Shown: piece after piece, positions 20,996-30,923 of the stretch
How the letters are laid out: each line of letters opens with the position of its first letter
Position numbering within the stretch: the stretch's first letter is position 1
DNA from: an uncultured Rickettsiales bacterium
Lineage (GTDB): Bacteria > Myxococcota_A > UBA796 > UBA9615
DNA length: 64,000 nucleotides
Direction of reading: 5' to 3'
NCBI GenBank assembly: GCA_964490445.1
Contig: CAZBDA010000017.1
Coordinates: forward strand, 148-64,147
The notes under the pieces: model-generated
Databases searched by the model: none
What the model saw: the letters and a program-made list of their open reading frames with translations, nothing else
What the model was told of the DNA's origin: nothing
Translations under genes and position numbers: made by a program

Positions 20996-22495
20996 CTAGC
21001 GGTGCCGCCAGAAATGAGGCAGGAGCAGCACCAGGACGGTGTAGAACTCCAGCCGGCCGAGCAACATCAGGGCAGACAGCAGCAGCTTGCCAGCATCGGG
21101 CACCGACGAGAAATTGCCCGCTGGACCCAGTTCATTGAGAGCAGGCCCCCCGTTGAAGAGTGCCGTCGTGCTGGCCGCCAGGGCGGTCTCGGTATCGAAT
21201 CCCATTGCGGAGAGTGACAAGGTGCCCAGGGCCAGGCCGGCGACCGCCAGGACAAACATCCCTGTAACTGCAGCCACCACCCGGTCGTCCAACAGTCGAC
21301 TGCCGATGCGAGTCGAGAACACCGCCCGGGGGTGGAGTCCATGACGAACCTCCTGGAACGCCGTACTGACGATGATGAGCAGTCTACTGATCTTGAAGCC
21401 ACCACCGGTCGACCCACCCATCGCCCCCACGAACATCAGCAACAGAAGTAGGACTCTGCAGTAGTTCGGATAGAGATTGAAGTCATCGCTCGAGTAGCCG
21501 GTCGTAGAGACTGTCGTGGCCACCTGGAACAGGGCATAGCGAAGCGCAGTCAGCACGTTGCCATCGCTAGGCTCGAGCAGGGCAAGAGTGACCACCGCCG
21601 TCGAGACCCCGAAGATCGCGAGGTAAGCGCCCAGCTCTCGGTCACGCAACACGCCGAAGCCACGACCGGACTGCAGAGCGAAATAGAGCCCGAAGTTGAC
21701 CCCTGCAAGCAGCATGAACAGCGCGATGGTCATCTCAATGAGCGGCGAGTTGAAAGCTCCAATCGACTCTGCCCGGGTAGAGAACCCAGCCGTAGCGATG
21801 GTCGTCATCGCGTGACAGGCCGCATCGAAGCCTCCCATACCCTCAAGCAGGAGAATGACCAGCAACACGATCGTCATGCCCGAATAGATCTTCCAGAGCG
21901 TGAGGCCGGTCTCTCGGATCCGTGGACGCAACTGATCCTTAGTCGGTCCGGTGGCCTCGGACTCAAACAGTCGTCGTCCACCGCTACCGGCTTGCGGCAG
22001 GATGGCGATGAACAGCACGATGATGCCCATACCCCCGAGCCACTGGATCATCGATCGCCACCACAACGCTGCACGACTGTTCGACTCAATGTCCGTCAAC
22101 ACCGTCGAACCGGTGGTGGTGATGCCACTGGTCGCCTCGAACAGGGCATCGATTGGGCTCGACACCATGCCGTCCAACCACAACGGAAGAGCGGCAAACA
22201 GGATGCAGGTCACCCAGGCGAGGCCGACGATCAGCAGGGCCTCGCGGCGGGTCAGTTCGTGGGCTCCATCAAGGGACACGACGAGACGACCGCTGGCAGA
22301 CCCAGCGTCCTGACGGCGGCCGACCAGGTGAGCCACCAGGCCACAGCCCAGGGTCAGCAACACGCAGAGTGACCATCGCTTCGTAGAACCAGGGTTGGGC
22401 GAGTCGAGGAAGGTCCACACCAGCGAGGTGGCCATGAACCCGCCGAGAACCACGAGGACGAGCCCCAGGTAGAACAAGAGCCTACGAGTCTTCAC
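20996..22495 (-). CDS. trkH: TrkH/KtrB-family potassium uptake transporter
   Basis: About 10-12 TM segments with repeated G-rich selectivity-loop-like motifs (MGGSTGGGFK). Size 499 aa. Confidence 0.85.
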   Translation of the reverse strand: MKTRRLLFYLGLVLVVLGGFMATSLVWTFLDSPNPGSTKRWSLCVLLTLGCGLVAHLVGRRQDAGSASGRLVVSLDGAHELTRREALLIVGLAWVTCILFAALPLWLDGMVSSPIDALFEATSGITTTGSTVLTDIESNSRAALWWRSMIQWLGGMGIIVLFIAILPQAGSGGRRLFESEATGPTKDQLRPRIRETGLTLWKIYSGMTIVLLVILLLEGMGGFDAACHAMTTIATAGFSTRAESIGAFNSPLIEMTIALFMLLAGVNFGLYFALQSGRGFGVLRDRELGAYLAIFGVSTAVVTLALLEPSDGNVLTALRYALFQVATTVSTTGYSSDDFNLYPNYCRVLLLLLMFVGAMGGSTGGGFKISRLLIIVSTAFQEVRHGLHPRAVFSTRIGSRLLDDRVVAAVTGMFVLAVAGLALGTLSLSAMGFDTETALAASTTALFNGGPALNELGPAGNFSSVPDAGKLLLSALMLLGRLEFYTVLVLLLPHFWRHR

Positions 22496-22548
22496 CCTAC
22501 GCTCCGCCCGAAATCAGGAGGGGATGGAACGGAAGTAAACGGGCTGCC

Positions 22549-23196
22549 CTAGTCGTCCAGTTCCAGCCATACCTTGCCGGCGTAGGGACGAGTCCACTGA
22601 CCCGGTGTCGCACCATCCCACTGCAGGAGGATGTACCCGTCATCGAGAAAACCAATCGAGGAATAGTGGGAAACATCGTTGGTCCAGGAGTTCTCTTCGG
22701 TAACCTCGCCATTGAACTGCAGCGATGAGGTCACCTCACCGCCAAGCTCGAAGTTGTAGACCTGCTGGGTCCAGCCGACCTCACATTCGCCATCTGCCTG
22801 GTACGAGCCATCTTCTTCCACCTCGAGCCCAAGCTCACCTTCGCAGAACACCTCTGGCTCGTCTTCGTCCCACGACTCCGTCAACATGACGAGGTAGCCC
22901 TCGTACTCACCGGTCAACTCGTGCTCGGTGTCGTCGCCATCATCGTCGTCGTCATCATCGTCGTCACCCGGACCATCGTCGCCACCGGAGCCGTCGTCGC
23001 CACCGGAGCCGTCGTCGCCAGAGGAGCCGTCGTCGCCAGAGGAGCCGTCGTCGCCAGAGGTGCCGTCACCGTCGTCACCGCTCGCGTCGCCGGGACCATC
23101 GATCACCAGCACACCACTGGCGAGGCCATTACAACCCGCCAACAGTACCGCCAGGGGCAGAACAAGGACAAGAAAGAAGCTGCTGCTGATTTTCAT
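22549..23196 (-). CDS. acidic secreted lipoprotein with a poly-Asp/Gly-Ser repeat linker
   Basis: Leader MKISSSFFLVLVLPLAVLLAGC. The repeat GDDGSS/GDDGSG x5, then D9. Acidic C-terminal domain. Confidence 0.65.
   Translation of the reverse strand: MKISSSFFLVLVLPLAVLLAGCNGLASGVLVIDGPGDASGDDGDGTSGDDGSSGDDGSSGDDGSGGDDGSGGDDGPGDDDDDDDDDGDDTEHELTGEYEGYLVMLTESWDEDEPEVFCEGELGLEVEEDGSYQADGECEVGWTQQVYNFELGGEVTSSLQFNGEVTEENSWTNDVSHYSSIGFLDDGYILLQWDGATPGQWTRPYAGKVWLELDD
22929..23075 (-). repeat. 18-bp in-frame tandem repeat (about 5 copies) plus a GAC/GAT run encoding GDDGS[SG] and poly-Asp
   Basis: Seen directly in the DNA. Confidence 0.85.
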
Positions 23197-23272
23197 GGCG
23201 CAATGCTTCCAGAGATCCTGGTAGAGGACAAGGGCCCTTTTGGCACCCGCCACGGCCGAAACAGCAGGCAGG

Positions 23273-24823
23273 TCACTGCAGGATCGTACTCAAGCTGTAC
23301 TGGATCCAGACCTGCACGTGCCAGTCCCGCTCAGGCTGCCCGCGCTTACGCCGCGGTACCTTCCGCTTCTCGAAGGGCAAGCTGGAGAGCTCCCCCTCGA
23401 TGAGCTCGTGGAACTCGGCTGCCTTGAAGCTCGCGCTCTGGATGCCCTGCTCAATCACCTTGCCGCTCGGCCCTACCAGGACCCGAACCGTGACCTCGCC
23501 TCCAGCCTGCGGCTTGACCTCGAGCGCTTGCGCGTAGAGCCACTGCAGCCGCGCCATGGAGCGGCTCAGCTGACTCAAGACAGGGTCCAGGTTCAACTCG
23601 GGTGGCACAATGTGGGTCTTCGGCTCTACCGGCGCCTGGTCAGCTCCTCCGCCGGTGTTTCCGGAGGCAGCCGCTGCGTTTCCTGCGGGCTGCGCAGGAA
23701 GCTCCTCCCGGTGGTCTTCGGGACTCCGCCACTGCTGGGCGATCCGACCAATGCGCACGGCGGCAACCTCGGCCACACGCGCCGTTCTCGGCAGTTCCTT
23801 GCCCTTCTTGAGCAGGCGCTTCTTCTCCAACCAGCCGGTCACCTCACCGCCGTTCCAGTCACTACGCACCTGCAGCCAGGACTTCTCCTCGGCCAGCACG
23901 TCGACTCGAGCACCCGGCTCGAGCGCACCGAATTCGGCCCCCTTTACAGCGAGATGGAGAGAAGCCGGCTTGGCGCCCACCTGCCGCGCGCCTGTGCGGC
24001 CGAGCGAGGTCTCTGGAAAGCCACTCACAGCACTCCAGCCCCCAGCGGGCGCATCCTCCAGCCAGCTGCCACCTGTCACCCAGCCCTCGGCCCAAACAGT
24101 CGGTCCCACCCACAGCACCTTGCGCGCATCGGACCTGGTCTCCAGCACTTCCATTCGCGAGGCACCACTGGCGGGGTCGTTGCGCAGGTCCTCGAGATAG
24201 GCCAGCGAGCCCCTCAACTGGGCGCGCAACTGCATGCCTGTGGGATCATCGAGCAAGATGCCAGCTGCCGGCGGCGGGGGCTGGGAAGCGCTGGGCCATT
24301 CGCCATCCGCCCTCTCGTCCGGGTCCGGCCGGGGCCAGCTCTGCGTCGGGTACACATCGTCCTGGGCTACCAGGAAGCGAGCGCGCAGGCGACCTTCCAG
24401 CAGGGTGGCACGCAAGGTGTCGGGGGAAGGATGCGATTCGACCCGTACCAGCGACCCGGACAAAACCTTGCCGAACACCTCGCCGTCCGGGCTCAGCACC
24501 ATGTCGATGTCGTCGGTAAGAACGTGCGCGAGCATGCTGTTCGACACCTCGACTTCACCCTTGAAGCCATCTTCGGAGGTGACCAGGATCCGCGTGTCTC
24601 GCTCCATCCGCTCGACAACTGGGTAGCAACGGCGATGAGCCAGCGTGCCCACGGCGCGAGGCCCGTCGCCGGCGAGTGTCGCAGGAGCGCTCATGGAGCT
24701 GGCCGGCTTCGCGATGCAGACGCTATCGGCGCGAGCAACTGGCAGGGCGCCAAGAGAGCCGATGGCCACCGCAAGCAAAGGGGCAGTCACACGGGCTCGC
24801 AAGATCTTGAAGTAACAGTTCAT
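23273..24823 (-). CDS. secreted protein with a C-terminal TonB-C-like domain
   Basis: Signal peptide. The C-terminus GGEVTVRVLVGPSGKVIEQGIQSASFKAAEFHELIEGELSSLPF matches the TonB_C pattern. Confidence 0.5.
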   Translation of the reverse strand: MNCYFKILRARVTAPLLAVAIGSLGALPVARADSVCIAKPASSMSAPATLAGDGPRAVGTLAHRRCYPVVERMERDTRILVTSEDGFKGEVEVSNSMLAHVLTDDIDMVLSPDGEVFGKVLSGSLVRVESHPSPDTLRATLLEGRLRARFLVAQDDVYPTQSWPRPDPDERADGEWPSASQPPPPAAGILLDDPTGMQLRAQLRGSLAYLEDLRNDPASGASRMEVLETRSDARKVLWVGPTVWAEGWVTGGSWLEDAPAGGWSAVSGFPETSLGRTGARQVGAKPASLHLAVKGAEFGALEPGARVDVLAEEKSWLQVRSDWNGGEVTGWLEKKRLLKKGKELPRTARVAEVAAVRIGRIAQQWRSPEDHREELPAQPAGNAAAASGNTGGGADQAPVEPKTHIVPPELNLDPVLSQLSRSMARLQWLYAQALEVKPQAGGEVTVRVLVGPSGKVIEQGIQSASFKAAEFHELIEGELSSLPFEKRKVPRRKRGQPERDWHVQVWIQYSLSTILQ

Positions 24824-25015
24824 GACGGGGATCTACCCTGCCTGCGGCGCGGCGGCAAACAGCTTCGTCGTGTCCCGGGAGAAGTCCCCGGTGCAGACCT
24901 TTGGTAGCAGAGCTCCGCGAGCCGGCTGACGCCGGAGCCCGTTGCAAAGAAGCACAGGCCGAAATCGGCCAGGTCGGCCGCAGTACGAGTCTCGTGACGC
25001 TGCTACTCTGGGCCC

Positions 25016-27445
25016 ATGGGAAAACCAAAGAAGCAGACCCGACCCATGGTCGTCAGCAGGCACGGTCGCTACCGGTTCCAGACCGGGATGATCACCGCGT
25101 CATTACTGCAGCGCGGGCTCCCCATGGCCGAGGCCTTCAGCATCTCCAACCAGTTGAAGGAGGAGATTGCGAACCTCGGCGAGATCACTCCCGACGAACT
25201 CGAGCAAAGGCTACAGCACTACCTGAAGGCCACTTCCGGAGACGAAGACCTCGAACAGAGCCCACTGACTGGCGACCTGCAGCCCTCGGTAACCCCTCTG
25301 GTCGTGGGGCGTCACGGCAAGACTCCGTTCTCCCAGTCTCTGCTCATGCGCTACCTGATCACCTCCGGACTCGAAATCGAGGCGGCCATGAGCCTCGGCA
25401 GGGACATCAACGGCTGGGTGCAGGGCCTCGGCGAGGCTGAGATCGCAGAAGAGCAGATGGAGTCCGAGGTCATTCGCAGGCTTACCTCGCGCTTTGGCAA
25501 GTCGCATGCCCGCCGGTACCGGCTTACCTGCGGGATCCGCAGCGCCGACAAGCCGGTGATCATCCTCATCGGCGGCTCCACGGGTACCGGCAAGTCGACC
25601 CTGGCAACGGAGTTGGCGTTTCGCCTCGGCGTGCGCCTGGTGACCAGCACCGACATGATTCGCGAGACCCTTCGCACCGCACTCTCACCGGCTGTCGTAC
25701 CGGGCTTACACGACCACTCCTTCCGGGGCATCGTCCAGGACGGCGAAGCACTCTCTGACCCCCGAGAACGAGTCCTTGCCGGCTTCCACCAACAGTGCAG
25801 CCAGGTCGCTGTCGGTGTACGGGGCGTCATTCGTCGAGCCGTTCGCGAGAACGCCCACATGATTATCGAGGGAACACACATCCGACCGCCGTTCAGCCAA
25901 TACATCCCACCTGCGGTCGATGTCTACATGGCCGGGTTCGTGCTCGCCGTACCCGAGGAAAGCCGTCACAAGGCGCGCTTCCCGCTGCGTGCCCGGGAGC
26001 AGACCGCTCGCGACCCGAACACATACCTCGAGGCCTTTCAATCCGTACGCTGGATCCACGACGATCTGCTGCACGCCGCCGAGGATGCCCACAGCGTCAT
26101 CGTCGCAAACGATGAACTGAACCAGACGATCGGCGGCGTCGTCGGCTACCTCAGTCGAGCCCTTCCGTTGACAGAGTCAAGCCCCAGTCCAGTGCCGTTG
26201 ACGGTGCGCTCGGGTAGCGATGGCTCGGAGATCCGCACGCTGCTTCTGATCCTGGATGGCCTGGCCGACGAGCCGAACCCGGCGCTCGATGGCCAGACCC
26301 CCCTGCAAGCGGCGGAGACACCATTTCTCGACATGCTTGCAGGCTCGGGGGGACAGGGCCGGGTTCTTACCGCAGAAGAGGAAGGAGTCCCCCCCGGCAC
26401 CGACCAGGGACTGCTGGCCCTGCTTGGAGAACCGCGGCCGGAAAAGCCTCTCGGGCGTGGACTCCTGGAGGCACTCGGCCAGGGCCTGCCGCTGCAGTCT
26501 GGCGCCATCCTATGGCGCGGCAACATGGCGACTCTACAAACCGACGGCACCCTGGTCGACCGCCGCGCCGGCAGGATCCGCGCAGGGGTCGCAGACCTGC
26601 TCGCCGAACTGCGCGACGTGCCCCTCTCCGATGGGGTGCACGGGCACATCTACCCGGGCCATGAGCACCGGGTCGTCGTCACACTGGTGGGCACCGCATT
26701 GTCGACTGCGGTGGCCGACACTGATCCTGGCGGCGAAGCCGCAGTGCAACAGATCCAGGACCCGATGCCCCTGGACGACAGCCCCGAGGCTGCCAGGACG
26801 GCTCGCGCCCTGCAGGAGTTGCTGGACATCGCCCACAAGCACCTCGGTCGTCATTCGCACAACGCCGAACGGGTCAAACGCGGCTTGTTCCCGGCCAACT
26901 GCATCATTACCCGTGGCGTCGGCTGTGTGGACGAACTCCCTGCACCGCGCTTCGGCACTTCCGAGACCGCGCTGGTTTCGGCCTGCCCGACCGCTCTGGG
27001 GGTTGCCAGAGCGGTGGGACTGCAGCCAGCCACCAGCGCCGAAATGACCGGCAATCTCGACACCAACATTGCCGAGAAGTTCCGCACAGCCGCACAGTTA
27101 CTTCGGCAGCGGCACTACGTCGTGATTCACATCAAAGGTGCCGACATCGCAGCCCACGACCGGCGGCCCATCGAGAAGCGCAACTTCATCTCTTCGGTCG
27201 ACGTGGAGCTGGGAAAGTTCCTCACGGAAAACCCCGACATCAGCGAGGGACTGCGAGTGGTGGTCTCTGCAGATCACGGCACCTCGTCCATCACCGGCAA
27301 CCACCTGGCCGAGCCGGTGCCTTTGCTACTCGCCACCTGGCACGGCGCAACCGAACCCACGGAGTTCAACGAAGAGAGCGCGATGCAAGGAGCGATGGGG
27401 CTGCTCCACCCAGGGGAACTCTCTGGGGTGCTGTGGGGCGGCTAA
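25016..27445 (+). CDS. fusion protein: ATP-cone, 2-phosphoglycerate-kinase-like P-loop kinase, and archaeal-type cofactor-independent phosphoglycerate mutase (ApgM / metalloenzyme superfamily)
   Basis: N-terminus VVSRHGRYRFQTGMITASLLQRGL... is ATP-cone-like. P-loop ILIGGSTGTGKSTLA. C-terminal half LLILDGLADEPNPALDGQTPLQAAETPFLD...ADHGTS is typical of ApgM. Confidence 0.7.
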   Translation: MGKPKKQTRPMVVSRHGRYRFQTGMITASLLQRGLPMAEAFSISNQLKEEIANLGEITPDELEQRLQHYLKATSGDEDLEQSPLTGDLQPSVTPLVVGRHGKTPFSQSLLMRYLITSGLEIEAAMSLGRDINGWVQGLGEAEIAEEQMESEVIRRLTSRFGKSHARRYRLTCGIRSADKPVIILIGGSTGTGKSTLATELAFRLGVRLVTSTDMIRETLRTALSPAVVPGLHDHSFRGIVQDGEALSDPRERVLAGFHQQCSQVAVGVRGVIRRAVRENAHMIIEGTHIRPPFSQYIPPAVDVYMAGFVLAVPEESRHKARFPLRAREQTARDPNTYLEAFQSVRWIHDDLLHAAEDAHSVIVANDELNQTIGGVVGYLSRALPLTESSPSPVPLTVRSGSDGSEIRTLLLILDGLADEPNPALDGQTPLQAAETPFLDMLAGSGGQGRVLTAEEEGVPPGTDQGLLALLGEPRPEKPLGRGLLEALGQGLPLQSGAILWRGNMATLQTDGTLVDRRAGRIRAGVADLLAELRDVPLSDGVHGHIYPGHEHRVVVTLVGTALSTAVADTDPGGEAAVQQIQDPMPLDDSPEAARTARALQELLDIAHKHLGRHSHNAERVKRGLFPANCIITRGVGCVDELPAPRFGTSETALVSACPTALGVARAVGLQPATSAEMTGNLDTNIAEKFRTAAQLLRQRHYVVIHIKGADIAAHDRRPIEKRNFISSVDVELGKFLTENPDISEGLRVVVSADHGTSSITGNHLAEPVPLLLATWHGATEPTEFNEESAMQGAMGLLHPGELSGVLWGG

Positions 27446-27469
27446 GGCGGCCTGGACTCTGAGTTGGAA

Positions 27470-28480
27470 CTACCTGGCCTTGTCCTGGGCAGACCGGACG
27501 CATTCTTCGGCCAACGCCACCTCGGCAGCATTGCCCAGGATCAGGCCAGTCCGATGATGCAGATCCTGTGGCGTGATATCGCGGATCCTCTGCGTGCCAT
27601 CTGAGGCAGCGCCACCAGCCTCTTCGGCGATCATCGCCAGCGGTGCGGCCTCGTAGAGCAGGCGCAACTTGCCGCGCGGCGAGCGAAGGTCGGTGGGATA
27701 GAGAAACACTCCGCCGTACATGAGGTTGCGATGGAAGTCGGCCACCAGGGAGCCGATGTGACGGCAGCTCACACGGCGCTTCTCTGCGTCGTTTCGGGCC
27801 AGCATGCGGTCGACAAAGTCGTGTGTCCACGACGGCCAGTACGGTGCATTGCAGTGATTGATGGAGAGGGTCTTGCACTGGGCCGGCAAGCGAAGATCTT
27901 CGTGCGAGAGGACGTATTCACCCACGCTCGGGTCGAGGGTGAAGCCGTGCACACCATCGCCGACCGTGTAGACGAACATCGTCGACGAGCCGTAAATGAT
28001 GTAGCCGGCAGCAACCATCTCGGTGCCCGGCCGCATCGTGTCGGTGCGGCTGACCCCGGCGTCATCGCTGATCTTCCGATAGATGCCGAAGATGGTGCCA
28101 ATGGACACGTTGGCGTCGATGTTGGATGAACCATCGAGCGGGTCGTAGGCGATCAGGTAATTGCCGGCGAGTGGGGCAGGGATCTCAATGATCGACTGCA
28201 ACTCCTCGGACATCAGCGCGCACACGTAGCCGCTCTCACCGACGATGCCCTGAATTGTGTGTTCGGCGTACTCATCCAACTTCTGGACGACCTCGCCCTG
28301 GACATTGACCCGACCGGTACTGCCGAGGATCTTCACCAATCCGGCCATGTTGACCTTGCTGGAGATCACCTTGCCCGCGACCCCGATCTCGGTCAGCAGT
28401 GCGGTGAGCTCTCCCTTTGCCTCAGTGTGACTGAGTTGAGAGGCACGTACATGCTGGGTAAGGGTCGTACCTTTCATCAA
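27470..28480 (-). CDS. fbp: fructose-1,6-bisphosphatase class I
   Basis: YLIAYDPLDGSSNIDANVSIGTIFGIY plus the overall FBPase I pattern. Size 336 aa. Confidence 0.92.
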   Translation of the reverse strand: MMKGTTLTQHVRASQLSHTEAKGELTALLTEIGVAGKVISSKVNMAGLVKILGSTGRVNVQGEVVQKLDEYAEHTIQGIVGESGYVCALMSEELQSIIEIPAPLAGNYLIAYDPLDGSSNIDANVSIGTIFGIYRKISDDAGVSRTDTMRPGTEMVAAGYIIYGSSTMFVYTVGDGVHGFTLDPSVGEYVLSHEDLRLPAQCKTLSINHCNAPYWPSWTHDFVDRMLARNDAEKRRVSCRHIGSLVADFHRNLMYGGVFLYPTDLRSPRGKLRLLYEAAPLAMIAEEAGGAASDGTQRIRDITPQDLHHRTGLILGNAAEVALAEECVRSAQDKAR

Positions 28481-28655
28481 GATCTCCGCGAGGAATCTAC
28501 CAGCCTGTCGACGTAGTGCAACAGCCTTGCAGCGCGCATCCTGGGCCGAGCTGACTTTGACAGCCTAGGAAGCCGAGTGGTAGTAATCCGCGGCCTTCGG
28601 TGCGCCCGGCCTACGGCCATCAGAATGCCCTTGCTTCTCTTCCGAGGAACGGCTC

Positions 28656-30026
28656 GTGCGTACATCCAACCGTCTTCGCCTATCCGCAGCCCTCTCCTTG
28701 CTTATCCTGGGCTTGCTGGCCCCCTCATCGGCTTCCGCTGTCGAATTCCGACTCGACGGTATGTACCGATTCCGCGCCAACCTGTTCGACACACTGAGCC
28801 TGAATCGAGAGCACACTGAGAGCGAGGAGGTGCGCTCCTACCTCGAGCACCGACTCCGGCTCGTACCGCACATCCGTCTCAGCCCCGAGGTGCACGTCTT
28901 CCTGGATCTGGACATCATGGACGCGCTGCGCTTCGGCCAGCAGCCCGAAGTCTTGACAGCGGCAGGCCAGTTCCAGGGCAACGGCAGCCCCTTCCTCCAG
29001 CCCGTGGCCCTGACCGGATCGGTGATTCCAGGCTCGGACTACCGCGAATCCCTGTTCGCACGGCGCGCCTGGGTCGAGTTGTACACCCCCTACGTGGACG
29101 TCAAGATCGGTCGCATGTCCAGCCACTGGGGCATGGGCCTGCTCGCAAACGACGGCAACTGTGACAACTGCGACTACGGCGACATCGTCGACCGCGTAAT
29201 GGTGAGTACCAGTCGCCTCGACCCGATTCGCCTCAGTCTCGCTGCCGACATGCGCTCCGAAGGATTTATCAACCGCGACGACGACACCCATTCCTTCCTG
29301 TTCACGGGCGGCTACATGGGCGAGGTGCACAAGCTCGGCGGCTACGTTCGCTGGACACGCCAACCCAGCAATGGATTCAACGTGGTGCACGGCGACATAT
29401 GGGGCGCAACCCGGCTCGGCCCCCTGGCCCTGGAACTGGAAGCTCTCATCCTCTGGGGCGAGGCAGACGACACCGAGATCGGCGTGGAGAACCTCAAGAT
29501 CCTGGCCGGCGGTGGCGCCTTCGACGCCAAGCTGTCCATCAATCCATGGGAGGTCGGGCTGCAGATCGGAGTCGCTAGCGGTGACAGCAACAGCCAGGAC
29601 AACGAGTGGCACACGCTGGAGATGGACCGCGACCACGACGTCGGTCTGCTGATGTTCGAACAGCCCATGCCGGTGTTCTCTCTGGGCGACAATGCCAGCA
29701 CTGAGAACAACAACCAGGACACAAGTGGACTACTGACCGGAGAGGGCGTGTCCAACGCGTTCTACCTACGTCCCCGCTTCCACGTCGACATCCGCGAAGA
29801 TCTGCGCGCCGGAATCGTGCTGGTCGCAGCCTGGCCGGTAGTCAAGGAAGCCTTCGAGGGAGAAGCCACGTCGTACGGGATTGAAATCGATCTCGACGTT
29901 CGCTGGCGCCTCTATGGCAGCTTCGACCTCGGCGCACGGGCAGGTTTCTTCTTCCCAGGGGCCGTGTACGGCGAAGAACGAGACTTTACCTTCGGCGGTG
30001 AACTTCGCGCCATGGTGCACTTTTAG
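28656..30026 (+). CDS. outer-membrane beta-barrel protein (porin-like), function unknown
   Basis: Signal peptide ending ASA-VEF, alternating amphipathic strands and a C-terminal Phe (MVHF). GTG start with a GAGGAA Shine-Dalgarno sequence. Confidence 0.6.
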   Translation: MRTSNRLRLSAALSLLILGLLAPSSASAVEFRLDGMYRFRANLFDTLSLNREHTESEEVRSYLEHRLRLVPHIRLSPEVHVFLDLDIMDALRFGQQPEVLTAAGQFQGNGSPFLQPVALTGSVIPGSDYRESLFARRAWVELYTPYVDVKIGRMSSHWGMGLLANDGNCDNCDYGDIVDRVMVSTSRLDPIRLSLAADMRSEGFINRDDDTHSFLFTGGYMGEVHKLGGYVRWTRQPSNGFNVVHGDIWGATRLGPLALELEALILWGEADDTEIGVENLKILAGGGAFDAKLSINPWEVGLQIGVASGDSNSQDNEWHTLEMDRDHDVGLLMFEQPMPVFSLGDNASTENNNQDTSGLLTGEGVSNAFYLRPRFHVDIREDLRAGIVLVAAWPVVKEAFEGEATSYGIEIDLDVRWRLYGSFDLGARAGFFFPGAVYGEERDFTFGGELRAMVHF

Positions 30027-30065
30027 ACCGGTGTCCTAGCCGATCACCCCACACACGGGGCTGCC

Positions 30066-30923
30066 ATGACTGCGTTTCCTTTCGCCAAGATGGAGGCCAC
30101 GGGCAACGACTTTGTCGTCGTCTACGCTCATGACCTGCCGGACGAACTGAGCCCAGATTTCGCGCCCGCCATCTGCAATCGAGAAACTGGCATTGGCGCG
30201 GACGGAGTGCTCATTGTCGGCCAGGGTGACTCGTTGGGCGAGGCGGACCATGCAGCAGGCGCCGCTGCTTCGATGACCCTGTGGAATGCCGACGGCTCCG
30301 TCGCCGAGATGTGCGGCAACGGACTGCGTTGCATCGCACTGCTGCTTCGCAAAGACGGTCACTGGTCGGGCCGAGGCACAGTCACCATCAACACCCCGGC
30401 AGGTACGGTCGGTGCCCGCCTGCTATCCAGCTCAGAGGCGGCCGCTGAGATCGAGGTCGAGTTGCCTGCGCCCCGCTCCGCAGACCCCGAGCCCGTCGAA
30501 CTACTCGCCGCCGGACTTCCGCTCATCGGCCGACGAGTCGATATGGGCAATCCACACTTCGTCCTGTTTCGCGACGACCAGAGGGTAGAAGTGCCCGATC
30601 TCGCGCAATGGGCTGGTGCGCTAGAGACCTCTGACGCCTTTCCCGAACGCAGCAACGTGGAGTGGGCACTGGCCGAAGCGACCAACAGGATCCGGTTGCG
30701 CGTCTGGGAGCGTGGCGTTGGCGAGACCCAGGCCTGCGGCAGCGGCGCCTGCGCCACCGTCGTAGCCGGCCGCCTGAGCGGACGCATCGGGGACGACCCA
30801 TGCGAGGTGATTCTCCCCGGGGGGCTCCTACAGGTATCCTGGGCTGGCAGCATGGCTTCGCCGCTACGTCTGGCGGGGGCTGCAAGCCTCAGTTACCGGG
30901 ACCAGTGGATGGAGCGGCAATGA
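30066..30923 (+). CDS. dapF: diaminopimelate epimerase
   Basis: MEATGNDFVVV. Catalytic Cys motifs MCGNGLRC and ACGSGACA. Confidence 0.9.
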   Translation: MTAFPFAKMEATGNDFVVVYAHDLPDELSPDFAPAICNRETGIGADGVLIVGQGDSLGEADHAAGAAASMTLWNADGSVAEMCGNGLRCIALLLRKDGHWSGRGTVTINTPAGTVGARLLSSSEAAAEIEVELPAPRSADPEPVELLAAGLPLIGRRVDMGNPHFVLFRDDQRVEVPDLAQWAGALETSDAFPERSNVEWALAEATNRIRLRVWERGVGETQACGSGACATVVAGRLSGRIGDDPCEVILPGGLLQVSWAGSMASPLRLAGAASLSYRDQWMERQ

